IMG/VR virus record: IMGVR_UViG_3300021197_000933
Location: 2,670-66,669 of that record
Direction: 5' to 3' (one strand)
Source of the DNA: a virus
Length of the DNA stretch: 64,000 bases
The translations under genes and the position numbers were made by a program. Under the pieces are notes generated by a model. That model worked only from the letters and a program-made list of their open reading frames with translations. It had not been told where the DNA came from and searched no databases. This document shows positions 38,412 through 46,527 of this stretch, piece after piece (position 1 is the first letter of the stretch; each line of letters starts with the position of its first letter).

Positions 38412-38615
38412 ATGACAAAACGCAATCCGAAGATGGATCCCAAGAGCTACCTGACGGTGACATGGACCTGCCCTACTGACGGACTGGTCACCCGAGGTTT
38501 CGACGACACAAGACACGGCAAGATCCGAGCGTCTTGGTGCTGTGACTGGCTCGATGAAGAAGGCATTCAGTATCAGACAAACTTCAACCGCAAGCCCAGC
38601 GAGGTGACAGCATGA
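38412..38615 (+). CDS. Small hypothetical early protein
   Basis: AGGAAAAACGACATG start (MTKRNPKMDPK). Confidence 0.7.
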   Translation: MTKRNPKMDPKSYLTVTWTCPTDGLVTRGFDDTRHGKIRASWCCDWLDEEGIQYQTNFNRKPSEVTA

Positions 38616-39292
38616 GTCGGCGATTCAAGATGCTCTGGGTGGGACGATCCAAGAACGACAAGACCGGCGATATCCCTCAAGGGTACGTAGGCGAGGACAA
38701 GGAACAGACCGAGGCATCATGCGACGGCTGCCCCATGCGCAAGGGCGGGTGCTATCACTGGCTCGGAGCTCGACGCGCACAAGCCAGCATGCAGCGTGCC
38801 TATGTCAATAAGCCTGAGCGGTACTCACTTGCACACGCACTCGGCGAGTCAAGGCGGACCGCCCGCTACGCACGTGGGGCGGTGGGCGGTGACCCATGGG
38901 TATTCACCAGCGAAGAGGTCATAGAGTGGTACCGTCAAGCACGAGGAGCGGGGCTCAAGGGGCTGTTGCTCTACACGCACTTTGCTGCGGACAAGGGTGC
39001 CCACCTTAAGGGCTTGGCTATGGCCTCGGTCCACTCGCTCGATGAGGCGGACGATAGGATCCGCGAGGGCTGGCGGGCTGCAATGGTCTCCGACTTCAGA
39101 GCTCCAGGGTCCAAGCGCTCGACGCTCAAGCACCTACCTGAATGGAAAGGTGAGAAGTTCATCACGCCTGACGGGAACGAGGGTACGCCCTGCCCAGCAC
39201 AATACAAGGCGGTAGACTGCAACGCTTGCGGACTGTGCGACGCGCAGCGTGAAGGCAAGCCCGCTCCCCTAATCATCTTCTTCCAGCACTGA
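38612..39292 (+). CDS. Cys-rich radical-SAM-like phage protein (gp88/DUF7227-like)
   Basis: NDKTG..SCDGCPMRKGGCY..GD..YTH..MASV..CPAQ..CNACGLC. Confidence 0.7.
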   Translation: MSRRFKMLWVGRSKNDKTGDIPQGYVGEDKEQTEASCDGCPMRKGGCYHWLGARRAQASMQRAYVNKPERYSLAHALGESRRTARYARGAVGGDPWVFTSEEVIEWYRQARGAGLKGLLLYTHFAADKGAHLKGLAMASVHSLDEADDRIREGWRAAMVSDFRAPGSKRSTLKHLPEWKGEKFITPDGNEGTPCPAQYKAVDCNACGLCDAQREGKPAPLIIFFQH

Positions 39293-39300
39293 GGTACCCC

Positions 39301-39639
39301 ATGCCATGGATCAGACAATACATCGCACCCGAGACGGCCTGCCTAATCGAGCAGACGGACTTGCATACTGGCGAGGTGACCACGTTCACGGTGTACCGCA
39401 CGTACATCGACGACGACTTCACCCAGCCGTCGCCCTACCGATTCACTCTGGATCGAGAAGAGCGATGGTCGTGTGAGTTCGACATTAGAAAGTGGCCCAC
39501 ATACAACCCCGACTTGGCGCCGAGGCAGGTGATACAGGGCGCCGTTGATCGGGGATGGGTGGAGCTCGACGGCATCTCGTTCTGGACGCTGGTCGACGGG
39601 AAGCCTGGACCCTGGGAGGTTGACGCCGTAGCCCGTTAG
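39301..39639 (+). CDS. Hypothetical protein
   Basis: 112 aa, GAGGT SD. Confidence 0.7.
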   Translation: MPWIRQYIAPETACLIEQTDLHTGEVTTFTVYRTYIDDDFTQPSPYRFTLDREERWSCEFDIRKWPTYNPDLAPRQVIQGAVDRGWVELDGISFWTLVDGKPGPWEVDAVAR

Positions 39640-39649
39640 CGGTTACTCT
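39620..39649 (+). promoter_or_regulatory. Sigma70-like promoter for the candidate sRNA
   Basis: TTGACG-18-TACTCT with no plus-strand gene downstream. Confidence 0.55.
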
Positions 39650-39654
39650 CGAGG

Positions 39655-39758
39655 TGACACCGGGGACGGGTCAATTAAACAGTCAGTCATATGGTCGCAA
39701 GACCAGCGCCCGATCGGTAGGTTTAGTCGTTTTCCTCTGCCGGTCGGGCGCTCTGTTT
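39655..39758 (+). ncRNA. Candidate trans-acting antisense small RNA
   Basis: Promoter, GNRA hairpin (39692-705), and a 16-17 bp stem with G-U pairs only on the plus strand; the 14-nt loop is antisense to early-gene RBSs. Confidence 0.6.
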
Positions 39759-40008
39759 AGTAGCCGGAGCTCGCGCGCTTAGCCTTACTGCGACTGGCGA
39801 ATAGCGCGGGCTCGTCTTCCTGGTCCTCGAGCTGGTAGATCTTGGAGCTCGCCGAGCCCGACTGATCCTCGTCAGCTGAGGTGAATGAGATCGCCACTTG
39901 ATCCATGTTGCCGCGGATGGCCACGTGAGCTGGTGCACGCCAGACGCGCCGGCTCTTGCTCTTGCCGGTCTCGACGTTGTATTGAATCGAGAGGAGCTGC
40001 CGGGTCAT
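39757..40008 (-). CDS. Hypothetical protein
   Basis: TAATG-coupled, AGGAG SD. Confidence 0.6.
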   Translation of the reverse strand: MTRQLLSIQYNVETGKSKSRRVWRAPAHVAIRGNMDQVAISFTSADEDQSGSASSKIYQLEDQEDEPALFASRSKAKRASSGY

Positions 40009-40346
40009 TAGTCGAGCTCCTTCTTGCCGCCGTGGTTGTCAGAGTCATCGTGCGAGTCATCTTGCACATAGCTCATGAGCCTATCGGCTTGACCCTTGTG
40101 CATCTCAGATGCTTTGTAGAGCTCCTCGGCGATCTGCTTCATGTCATCGGCATGGCCGGCGGGTGACGAGGCCGGTGTAGACTTAGCCTCAGCCGGGGCC
40201 GGGCCGCATGGGCCGCCGGCGTCAAGTCCCTCGGCGTGGAGCATCTGCTTCCGAGCCTGTTGATAGCCCATGCCGGGGTCAATGATAGATGGACCGGCTA
40301 TTCGGCGCTTCACAACTATGAAGGAGGGCTCGTCGGATGAGTGCAT
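40008..40346 (-). CDS. Hypothetical protein
   Basis: 112 aa; IAEELYKASEMHKGQADRL motif. Confidence 0.65.
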   Translation of the reverse strand: MHSSDEPSFIVVKRRIAGPSIIDPGMGYQQARKQMLHAEGLDAGGPCGPAPAEAKSTPASSPAGHADDMKQIAEELYKASEMHKGQADRLMSYVQDDSHDDSDNHGGKKELD

Positions 40347-40379
40347 GTCGGATCTCCATTTACCTAATGAGCGTATCAG

Positions 40380-40913
40380 TTATTTAGACTGAGCACCAGC
40401 AACTATCCGAGCCAGCCTCTCGTCAAAGTCTACATCAATGCTTACTGCCACCGTGGCTTGGTCAGTTGAAGCAGCTGGTGTAATGCCACAGCGATCAAGG
40501 ATTGCCTCACTCGCCTTCACTCGGTCGCGCGGGGCAGCTGCGAGGTCTGTTGCCACGTCAAGAAGAGAGCTCAAAGCAGCCTCAGCGGCCTCCTCTAAGC
40601 CCTCACCAAGTACCGACCGCCTCCGTTCCTGGCCCGCCGCGATGGCGGACTGACCATCGGGGTCAGTGGACCAGCCCCACACGGTGGACGGCCTCACTCC
40701 AAGTCGACGAGCGGTTGATCTAACTGTGTGCCCAGCCTCCAGAAGTCTATACGCAAGTGCCTGAGTCTCTGGTTCATCTGAGAATCGGACTTGCTCAGCC
40801 AGCATTGCAGCTACCTCAGCTTCTCCAGCGGGCACAATGGTTGTTGGAACTACATGCAGAGCTGAGTTCGCAGGTGAAACCACTGATTCATTTGTGTCGT
40901 CATCGCTATCCAT
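40380..40913 (-). CDS. Putative terminase small subunit (HTH)
   Basis: HTH TVRSTARRLGVRPSTVWGW plus RVKASEAILDRCG; likely start ATG 40913. Confidence 0.6.
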   Translation of the reverse strand: MDSDDDTNESVVSPANSALHVVPTTIVPAGEAEVAAMLAEQVRFSDEPETQALAYRLLEAGHTVRSTARRLGVRPSTVWGWSTDPDGQSAIAAGQERRRSVLGEGLEEAAEAALSSLLDVATDLAAAPRDRVKASEAILDRCGITPAASTDQATVAVSIDVDFDERLARIVAGAQSK

Positions 40914-40950
40914 ACCCCATCCTACCACCCGACTTGCTCGACGTCCATCG

Positions 40951-41215
40951 TGTAACAATGTAACCTTGGTGTAACCACTCAGTGTTACGCGAGAACCAAG
41001 GTTAAACGTACCATATAAAAAGTGTAACAATGTAACACTGTTTCAACAGTACACCTTATAGGGGTGTGATAAAAGCCTATACGTGTATACGTGTATACGT
41101 GTAGGTTCTACGTATGTATACACCCTCTCCAGACAGCGTTACATTGTTACACTTTTGATAACCCGCTTACAAACTGGACTCTCGCGTAACACTACAAAGT
41201 TACGTGCTGTTACAA
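40951..41215. repeat. Nested inverted repeats with GTAAC/GTTAC iterons (putative origin or packaging site)
   Basis: 14-bp perfect IR (40981-94 / 41180-93) and 30-bp IR with 3 mismatches (41014-43 / 41131-60) share centre 41087; (TATACGTG)x3 at the centre. Confidence 0.85.
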
Positions 41216-41301
41216 CCACTGTGATTCTTACGATAAGCCAGCTTCAACCTGGTCAATGGAGGGTTACACTTTCAAGTTGCGTAATGGTGTAGACTTTCAA
41301 C

Positions 41302-41610
41302 TCACCTCCGACCTGTCATCGCACGCAGGAGGTTGTTCGCAGACTCACGACTCATGTCAGCTCTCGCCTTCTCCTCGTCCGTCTCAGCTGGTGCAGGGTT
41401 TTGCAACTCCCAGTCGCTCACGTCATGAAGTCGCACCTTCCACCAGCCACTACGAGGCTTGAAGTTTCCGATGGGATTCTGACGCTCCCACTTATCTATG
41501 AACTCAGAGCGACGTGCGCTCCAAGCTTCTCGGTCTGTAGCAGTACTCATCGACCACCTCCTTGGTAGGTACCCTCCCCTATCGGTATGGATTGAGAGCG
41601 TCAAGGACAT
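41302..41610 (-). CDS. Hypothetical protein
   Basis: 102-aa ORF; start uncertain. Confidence 0.45.
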   Translation of the reverse strand: MSLTLSIHTDRGGYLPRRWSMSTATDREAWSARRSEFIDKWERQNPIGNFKPRSGWWKVRLHDVSDWELQNPAPAETDEEKARADMSRESANNLLRAMTGRR

Positions 41611-41684
41611 TTCTTTCTCTATCTCAGGACCTCAACGATTACAGGCACTTACAAAGTTTCTTCAATAAATCGTACACCCAGGTG

Positions 41685-41717
41685 TTGACGCACCGGTATG
41701 GCTCCCTTAGTTAGTCT
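41685..41717 (+). promoter_or_regulatory. Probable promoter of the early cassette array
   Basis: TTGACG followed by the shared CACCGGTA motif; -10 element weak. Confidence 0.45.
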
Positions 41718-41758
41718 GCGAGGGTAGCAAACCGCTGTCCTCCAACAAGGAAAACACA

Positions 41759-42208
41759 ATGGCTTCACTGATACACATAGACGACAACGAGAACTGCACG
41801 TTCTCTCACTCATGCGACGCATGTTCTGAGTGGGTACGCGAAGGCGAGCACTGCGGCAACGACGGCCAGTACCTCTGCCCTGACTGCTACAGCAAGCAGA
41901 CCGCAGACGAGCGGTACATCCACGACTGGCTGATTGTCCTCGTGGACTTCGACTGGACGCCCGACGTACTGGTCGCCATCCACAAGGACGTAGCTACGAT
42001 GAAGACGGTCGATGCTGCTGACCACTCAGTGCCCGACCCTGAGGACAACATCTCTCGCTTCGGCCCTGGCACCTGCGCTCACTCGCTGGCGATGGACGAC
42101 ATCGATGGCCTGCACGCTGACGTGAACGCCGTCTACTGCTTGATCGATAGCGGACTCATCGACGGCAAGCGCGCCCTCAAGATGTTCCGCAACGGAGGTG
42201 CAGCATGA
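41759..42208 (+). CDS. Zn-finger-containing acidic hypothetical protein
   Basis: CxxC..CxxC; AAGGA SD. Confidence 0.75.
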   Translation: MASLIHIDDNENCTFSHSCDACSEWVREGEHCGNDGQYLCPDCYSKQTADERYIHDWLIVLVDFDWTPDVLVAIHKDVATMKTVDAADHSVPDPEDNISRFGPGTCAHSLAMDDIDGLHADVNAVYCLIDSGLIDGKRALKMFRNGGAA

Positions 42209-42603
42209 GAGTCGAAGTCTACTGGAACCTACGCAGGCACCTCTGGTCGGTACGCTGCACCAAGACGGGCCGAGTCATCAACCACTCCAAGTACCTGCGT
42301 CTCAAAGACGTGACGTGGGTAGTGCAGCCCGGTGGCCGTGCCCGCGTCCTCGAGCAGCAGCGCAAGAACGTTCACGCCTTCGCTCGCGGCACACTGGTTC
42401 AGGACATGTCAACATGGAGCAGCTTCTCAAACTGGGATGGCGTGCGCTCAATCAAGTACAACCCGTACAAGTACACGTCATTCGTTTACTGCGACAATGA
42501 GAACTCCATCAAGGAAAGCATATGCGCAGTGCTGTCAACCAAGTACCACGTGACCGGTGACAGGGTCACACCGACGGTACTCGTCTACGGAGGTGCAGCA
42601 TGA
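42205..42603 (+). CDS. Conserved phage protein
   Basis: VYWNL..WSV..GRV..GRARV..RKNVHAF..YNPYK motif. Confidence 0.8.
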   Translation: MRVEVYWNLRRHLWSVRCTKTGRVINHSKYLRLKDVTWVVQPGGRARVLEQQRKNVHAFARGTLVQDMSTWSSFSNWDGVRSIKYNPYKYTSFVYCDNENSIKESICAVLSTKYHVTGDRVTPTVLVYGGAA

Positions 42604-43175
42604 GAGTGCTCGTAGCCTGCGAATACAGCGGCAGAGTCCGCGATGCATTCAGAGCTCTGGGGCACGACGCCATGTCGTGTGACCTGCTCCCGACTGACGT
42701 GCCCGGACCTCACTACCAAGGCTCAGTGCTCGACGTCATCAACGACGGCTGGGACCTGATGATTGCGCACCCACCGTGCACGTTCATCTCCAAGGCAGGG
42801 GTGCGCTGGTTGCACAGTGACCCTACTCGCTGGGCCAAGCTTGACGAGTCGTGTGAGTTCTTCAATGCGCTGCTCGACTGCGACATCCCCAAGTACTGCA
42901 TCGAGAACCCCATCCCACATCGCTACGCCATTGAGCGACTCAAGGGTAGGAAGTACACACAGATCGTACATCCTTGGCAGCACGGTCACGGTGAGACTAA
43001 GGCCACCTGCCTCTGGCTCAAGGGCCTGCCCAACCTGACGCCCACCAACATCGTGGACGGACGGGAGCAGCGGATGCTCAAGCTGCCGCCGAGTCCAGAC
43101 CGCTGGAAGATACGGTCGACCACCTACCACGGCATCGCACACGCGATGGCTCAGCAGTGGGGAGGTGCCGCATGA
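42600..43175 (+). CDS. Short DNA cytosine methyltransferase-like protein
   Basis: MRVLVACEYSG..HPPC..IENP..RSTTYHGIAHAMAQQW. Confidence 0.85.
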   Translation: MRVLVACEYSGRVRDAFRALGHDAMSCDLLPTDVPGPHYQGSVLDVINDGWDLMIAHPPCTFISKAGVRWLHSDPTRWAKLDESCEFFNALLDCDIPKYCIENPIPHRYAIERLKGRKYTQIVHPWQHGHGETKATCLWLKGLPNLTPTNIVDGREQRMLKLPPSPDRWKIRSTTYHGIAHAMAQQWGGAA

Positions 43176-43360
43176 GCGGCGTGCTTGACGACCCACGGCT
43201 ACAGCGGCGGAAGATCCCATGGTCCTCGCTCTTGGCCGAAGGGGTGGACCCTAAAGAAGTGATGCACCAAGCGCAGAGAAGACGCGACTGGCGCGTCGCC
43301 GAGTCAGCCCGAAGATGCTGGCACCGTGTTCGAGACCAACAAAACCGAGGTGAGAAATGA
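43172..43360 (+). CDS. Small hypothetical protein
   Basis: ATGA-coupled with GGAGGT SD. Confidence 0.65.
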   Translation: MSGVLDDPRLQRRKIPWSSLLAEGVDPKEVMHQAQRRRDWRVAESARRCWHRVRDQQNRGEK

Positions 43361-43608
43361 ACCTGCCATCTGACTGGGGCATGTACTACACAACATGCGA
43401 ACGCTGCGACCGTGAGTATCACTTGAGCGGCACCACCGTGTGCGCCTGCGCACCCTGCAACGTTGACGACTGCGACACCACCGTCAACACGGACGAGACC
43501 TACACCTGTGTCAGCTGCGAGGATGCAGCAACCAACCACGAGCAAACCGAGGATGCGATGGACGCACTCTCAGCTCAACTCCAAGATGCCGACGGAGGCA
43601 CCAAATGA
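43357..43608 (+). CDS. Small Cys-rich protein
   Basis: Multiple CxxC; coupled. Confidence 0.7.
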   Translation: MNLPSDWGMYYTTCERCDREYHLSGTTVCACAPCNVDDCDTTVNTDETYTCVSCEDAATNHEQTEDAMDALSAQLQDADGGTK

Positions 43609-44138
43609 ACGACGTATTTAAGATCACAATCAACGCGATAATCACGCCACACGACATCGAGGCACACCCAGACACGTGGACGAAGGATGATTTTCTCGGC
43701 CACCTGGTGGCATCGCCGGAGCTGGTGCGCAGTGTCGAAGTGACTGAGCTGGTGCCGAAGGCAGAAGCACAGCCAGTGGTCAAGCTCGAAGTGGTGCCGG
43801 AGCTACAGCCACAGCCGGAGCCGGAGCCGGAGCCGCAGCCAGCAATCGCAAGGCCCGTGGCTGTTTCGGCAAAGCCAAAGCAATCGAAGTACCTCAGCCG
43901 CAGAACGCACCGGCTTCGCGTGACCGATGGAGTCCCCTTAATCGAGTACTGCTACACAAGCTACGACTACCGCGATGGTGCCTACCGCTTAGAGATTGCG
44001 CTACCAACCACGCACGAGAACAAGGACTGCGTCTGGCTGACTCGCGAAGAGGCTGCCCGGATCAAGAACCGCATCATGGAAGCCCGTGCCGAGCGGTTGG
44101 CCAAGCAGCAGCTCAAGCGCAACGCGGGAGGTGAGTGA
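43605..44138 (+). CDS. Hypothetical protein with Pro-Glu linker
   Basis: 177 aa, ends GGE*. Confidence 0.75.
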   Translation: MNDVFKITINAIITPHDIEAHPDTWTKDDFLGHLVASPELVRSVEVTELVPKAEAQPVVKLEVVPELQPQPEPEPEPQPAIARPVAVSAKPKQSKYLSRRTHRLRVTDGVPLIEYCYTSYDYRDGAYRLEIALPTTHENKDCVWLTREEAARIKNRIMEARAERLAKQQLKRNAGGE

Positions 44139-44332
44139 TGCCCAAGCAAGAACTAACCATTGAACACCTACGCGACCAAGCCTTCATTGTACGGGGTGAG
44201 GAGTGGATTGAGGTCAACATTGTCAATGGAGCCCTGGTTGTCACAGCCAACTCCAATCTTAAAAGCGAACACGATGTACCCGTCTGCACCATTGATGCAG
44301 ATGGGAACATCACAATCAAAGGAGGTGAGTGA
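44135..44332 (+). CDS. Small cassette gene
   Basis: Flanked by GGAGGTGAGTGATG junctions. Confidence 0.75.
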   Translation: MMPKQELTIEHLRDQAFIVRGEEWIEVNIVNGALVVTANSNLKSEHDVPVCTIDADGNITIKGGE

Positions 44333-44571
44333 TGGACATGACCGCACGCGCGACTGACATTCAGCTCATACTGACACGACGAGAGTTCAACCTGGTGACC
44401 AAAGCACTGACGGGTAAGCTCAGCCCAGAGCCTCACCCCAAGTGTAGCGATGACGATGTACCTGACGCATACAACCTCGGGCAGCGCCTGATGGAGAAGC
44501 GCATCCGGTGTGCCGAGTACGAGGTAGAGCTGCTCGAGAAAGCCTTAGAGAAAGCAAAGGGAGGTGAGTGA
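44329..44571 (+). CDS. Small cassette gene
   Basis: Flanked by GGAGGTGAGTGATG junctions. Confidence 0.75.
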   Translation: MMDMTARATDIQLILTRREFNLVTKALTGKLSPEPHPKCSDDDVPDAYNLGQRLMEKRIRCAEYEVELLEKALEKAKGGE

Positions 44572-44852
44572 TGAAGTACCACTACGACAGCAAATGGAAC
44601 GACGAGCCTCAGATTCACGGGTGCTGGTTCATTGACACTGACGGTGTGACCGCTCTGCAATGGACCTGCACGAATGGAGCCAGCGGCGACATACTCCTGT
44701 CGGATGGTCGTGTGATCAAAGAGCGGCAGTACACTGGTCGTGCATTTGCATCGCACCCAGACCAGAACCCCAACATCGGGAAGGACTTAGACGGAGTCTA
44801 CTTCTCGGTACACAACAATCAGAGCTTCAAGACTGATGAAGGAGGTGAGTGA
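44568..44852 (+). CDS. Small cassette gene
   Basis: Flanked by GGAGGTGAGTGATG junctions. Confidence 0.75.
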   Translation: MMKYHYDSKWNDEPQIHGCWFIDTDGVTALQWTCTNGASGDILLSDGRVIKERQYTGRAFASHPDQNPNIGKDLDGVYFSVHNNQSFKTDEGGE

Positions 44853-45148
44853 TGAGGATCTACCAAGTATATCGATGGGATCACACCGACGGACCAACGG
44901 TTCGCTTCTACGCCAACAAAGCAGAGGCTACACGAGCAGCCAAAACCTTCGTAAAAGAAACCGACAATGACGGGGAGATAGAAGTATCCGTACTCGAACT
45001 GCCCACAAAGAAGTCGGAACTAATCTTCGCATTGAACTCGATAGACGCAACAAATGCGCACTACAGCGCCACACTGGTTGCATCGTATGACTCAGAGGAA
45101 GCACCTCTCCCCATCTTTGAAAACTTCTATAGCGATGGAGGTGAGTGA
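44849..45148 (+). CDS. Small cassette gene
   Basis: Flanked by GGAGGTGAGTGATG junctions. Confidence 0.75.
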   Translation: MMRIYQVYRWDHTDGPTVRFYANKAEATRAAKTFVKETDNDGEIEVSVLELPTKKSELIFALNSIDATNAHYSATLVASYDSEEAPLPIFENFYSDGGE

Positions 45149-45384
45149 TGCCGCTGGATTCTACTAAACGGTACTGCAAATCGTGCGGTGACCGTAAACG
45201 ATTGACGTGGCCGAAAGGCGATCCCGTGTGCTGCACCATGACCTGTGCGGCTAATAAGTTTCTGATCTATGACGCAACTGCGAGCAATGAATGGGACGGG
45301 TCACACTGCACAAACTGTGGATCGTTGGAAGAACACTACGTCGGAGACTGGTGCGACCACGAAGTCGATGAAGGAGAAGAGTGA
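45145..45384 (+). CDS. Small Cys-rich cassette gene
   Basis: CxxC motifs; junction repeats. Confidence 0.7.
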   Translation: MMPLDSTKRYCKSCGDRKRLTWPKGDPVCCTMTCAANKFLIYDATASNEWDGSHCTNCGSLEEHYVGDWCDHEVDEGEE

Positions 45385-45950
45385 TGTACCAAACCATACT
45401 GATGGACCCGCCATGGTACGAGACTGGCGGGGGTAGAATCAAGCGCGGAGCTGACCGGCACTACCCGCTGGTCAAGACTCCTGACCTACCTCGAGTGATC
45501 ATGCAGGCGCCCACCTGGAAGCCAGCTCGTGACTGCCACTTGTACATGTGGGCTACTGCGAACCACTTGGCTGATGCGATCTGGCTCATGGGTGCGCTGG
45601 GCTTCAAGTACAAGACCAACGTCGTGTGGACCAAGGAAGGTCGGAAGGGCCTGGGTCAGTATTTCCGTGGTCAACATGAGCTCCTGCTCTTTGGAGTCAG
45701 GGGCAAGGGCTACAACGTGAGGACCGACGACAAGACGATTGGCTCGTGGATTCACGCGCCCAGAGGTAAGCACAGCCATAAGCCTACTGAGTTCTATGAG
45801 CTGATTGAGGCTCGCAGCGAGGGTCCGTACCTTGAGATGTTCGCCCGCTCTGAACGAGAAGGCTGGAGTTCTTGGGGCGATGAGGTGACACCGTCATCAC
45901 AAGTTAGTACCCTGATTGTAAACGCACAAAACCAATGGAGTCAGACATGA
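45381..45950 (+). CDS. MT-A70 family N6-adenine methyltransferase
   Basis: DPPW, LYMW, GLGQYFRGQHE, HSHKP, LEMFAR. Confidence 0.92.
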   Translation: MMYQTILMDPPWYETGGGRIKRGADRHYPLVKTPDLPRVIMQAPTWKPARDCHLYMWATANHLADAIWLMGALGFKYKTNVVWTKEGRKGLGQYFRGQHELLLFGVRGKGYNVRTDDKTIGSWIHAPRGKHSHKPTEFYELIEARSEGPYLEMFARSEREGWSSWGDEVTPSSQVSTLIVNAQNQWSQT

Positions 45951-46321
45951 CTGACGATCAAAAGCAAAGAGCAACCCAAGACATCAGCGAGATGCGTAAG
46001 CGCACCAACATGTGCATCGCTGAGCTGGAGTACGTGACCAACGCCATCGGCGAACTACAAGACAAGATGACTGACTGGCTGGAGAAGCAAGTAGATGTAT
46101 ACCTCTGCGTGACTGCCGACGAAGCACTCGCAGACAAGAACGATCCGCTCGATGAGTACGTCATTGTGATGGAGGTAGAGGGCGAGGAGCTCGTCAGCTT
46201 TACCGACGTTGATGCAGGCGACCTGGTCGACACGCTATCCATCTGGGCCATCCGTCACTTGATCATCAGCTGCGGCAACTACAATGCCAAGATGGAACTA
46301 CCCAAACCCGCTGAGGCATAG
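45947..46321 (+). CDS. Acidic hypothetical protein
   Basis: ATGA-coupled, GGAG SD. Confidence 0.7.
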   Translation: MTDDQKQRATQDISEMRKRTNMCIAELEYVTNAIGELQDKMTDWLEKQVDVYLCVTADEALADKNDPLDEYVIVMEVEGEELVSFTDVDAGDLVDTLSIWAIRHLIISCGNYNAKMELPKPAEA

Positions 46322-46323
46322 TC

Positions 46324-46527
46324 ATGGAGTTCGCAATCTCATGGACAATGGCAAGCGGCAAGCCCACCTACGAGGGTAGGTGCGTAGACTGTAACTGCCT
46401 GATCGGCCCTTGGTTCTCATTGAAAGCTGCCAAGAAGGGTATGACATCGCACCACAAACGGTGCGACGCCTGCCACCACAAACACGTATTCAGTCCCCCA
46501 GGCAAGTCTCCATCGCTTCACGACTGA
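46324..46527 (+). CDS. Small Zn-finger-like protein
   Basis: CxxC..HH..CxxC; GAGG SD. Confidence 0.55.
   Translation: MEFAISWTMASGKPTYEGRCVDCNCLIGPWFSLKAAKKGMTSHHKRCDACHHKHVFSPPGKSPSLHD

Noticed and set aside
41014-41160. Protelomerase telRL site or transposon terminal repeats
   Set aside because: The centre is not a long perfect palindrome, and no protelomerase or transposase gene is visible.
40914-41292. N-terminal extension of the TerS-like ORF and ORF 41083-41292
   Set aside because: Their VT-rich translations simply reflect the GTAAC/GTTAC iterons.
44127-45150. CRISPR array or integron attC array
   Set aside because: The repeats are 14 bp and non-palindromic, separated by whole genes of 200-300 bp, with no cas1 or integron integrase.
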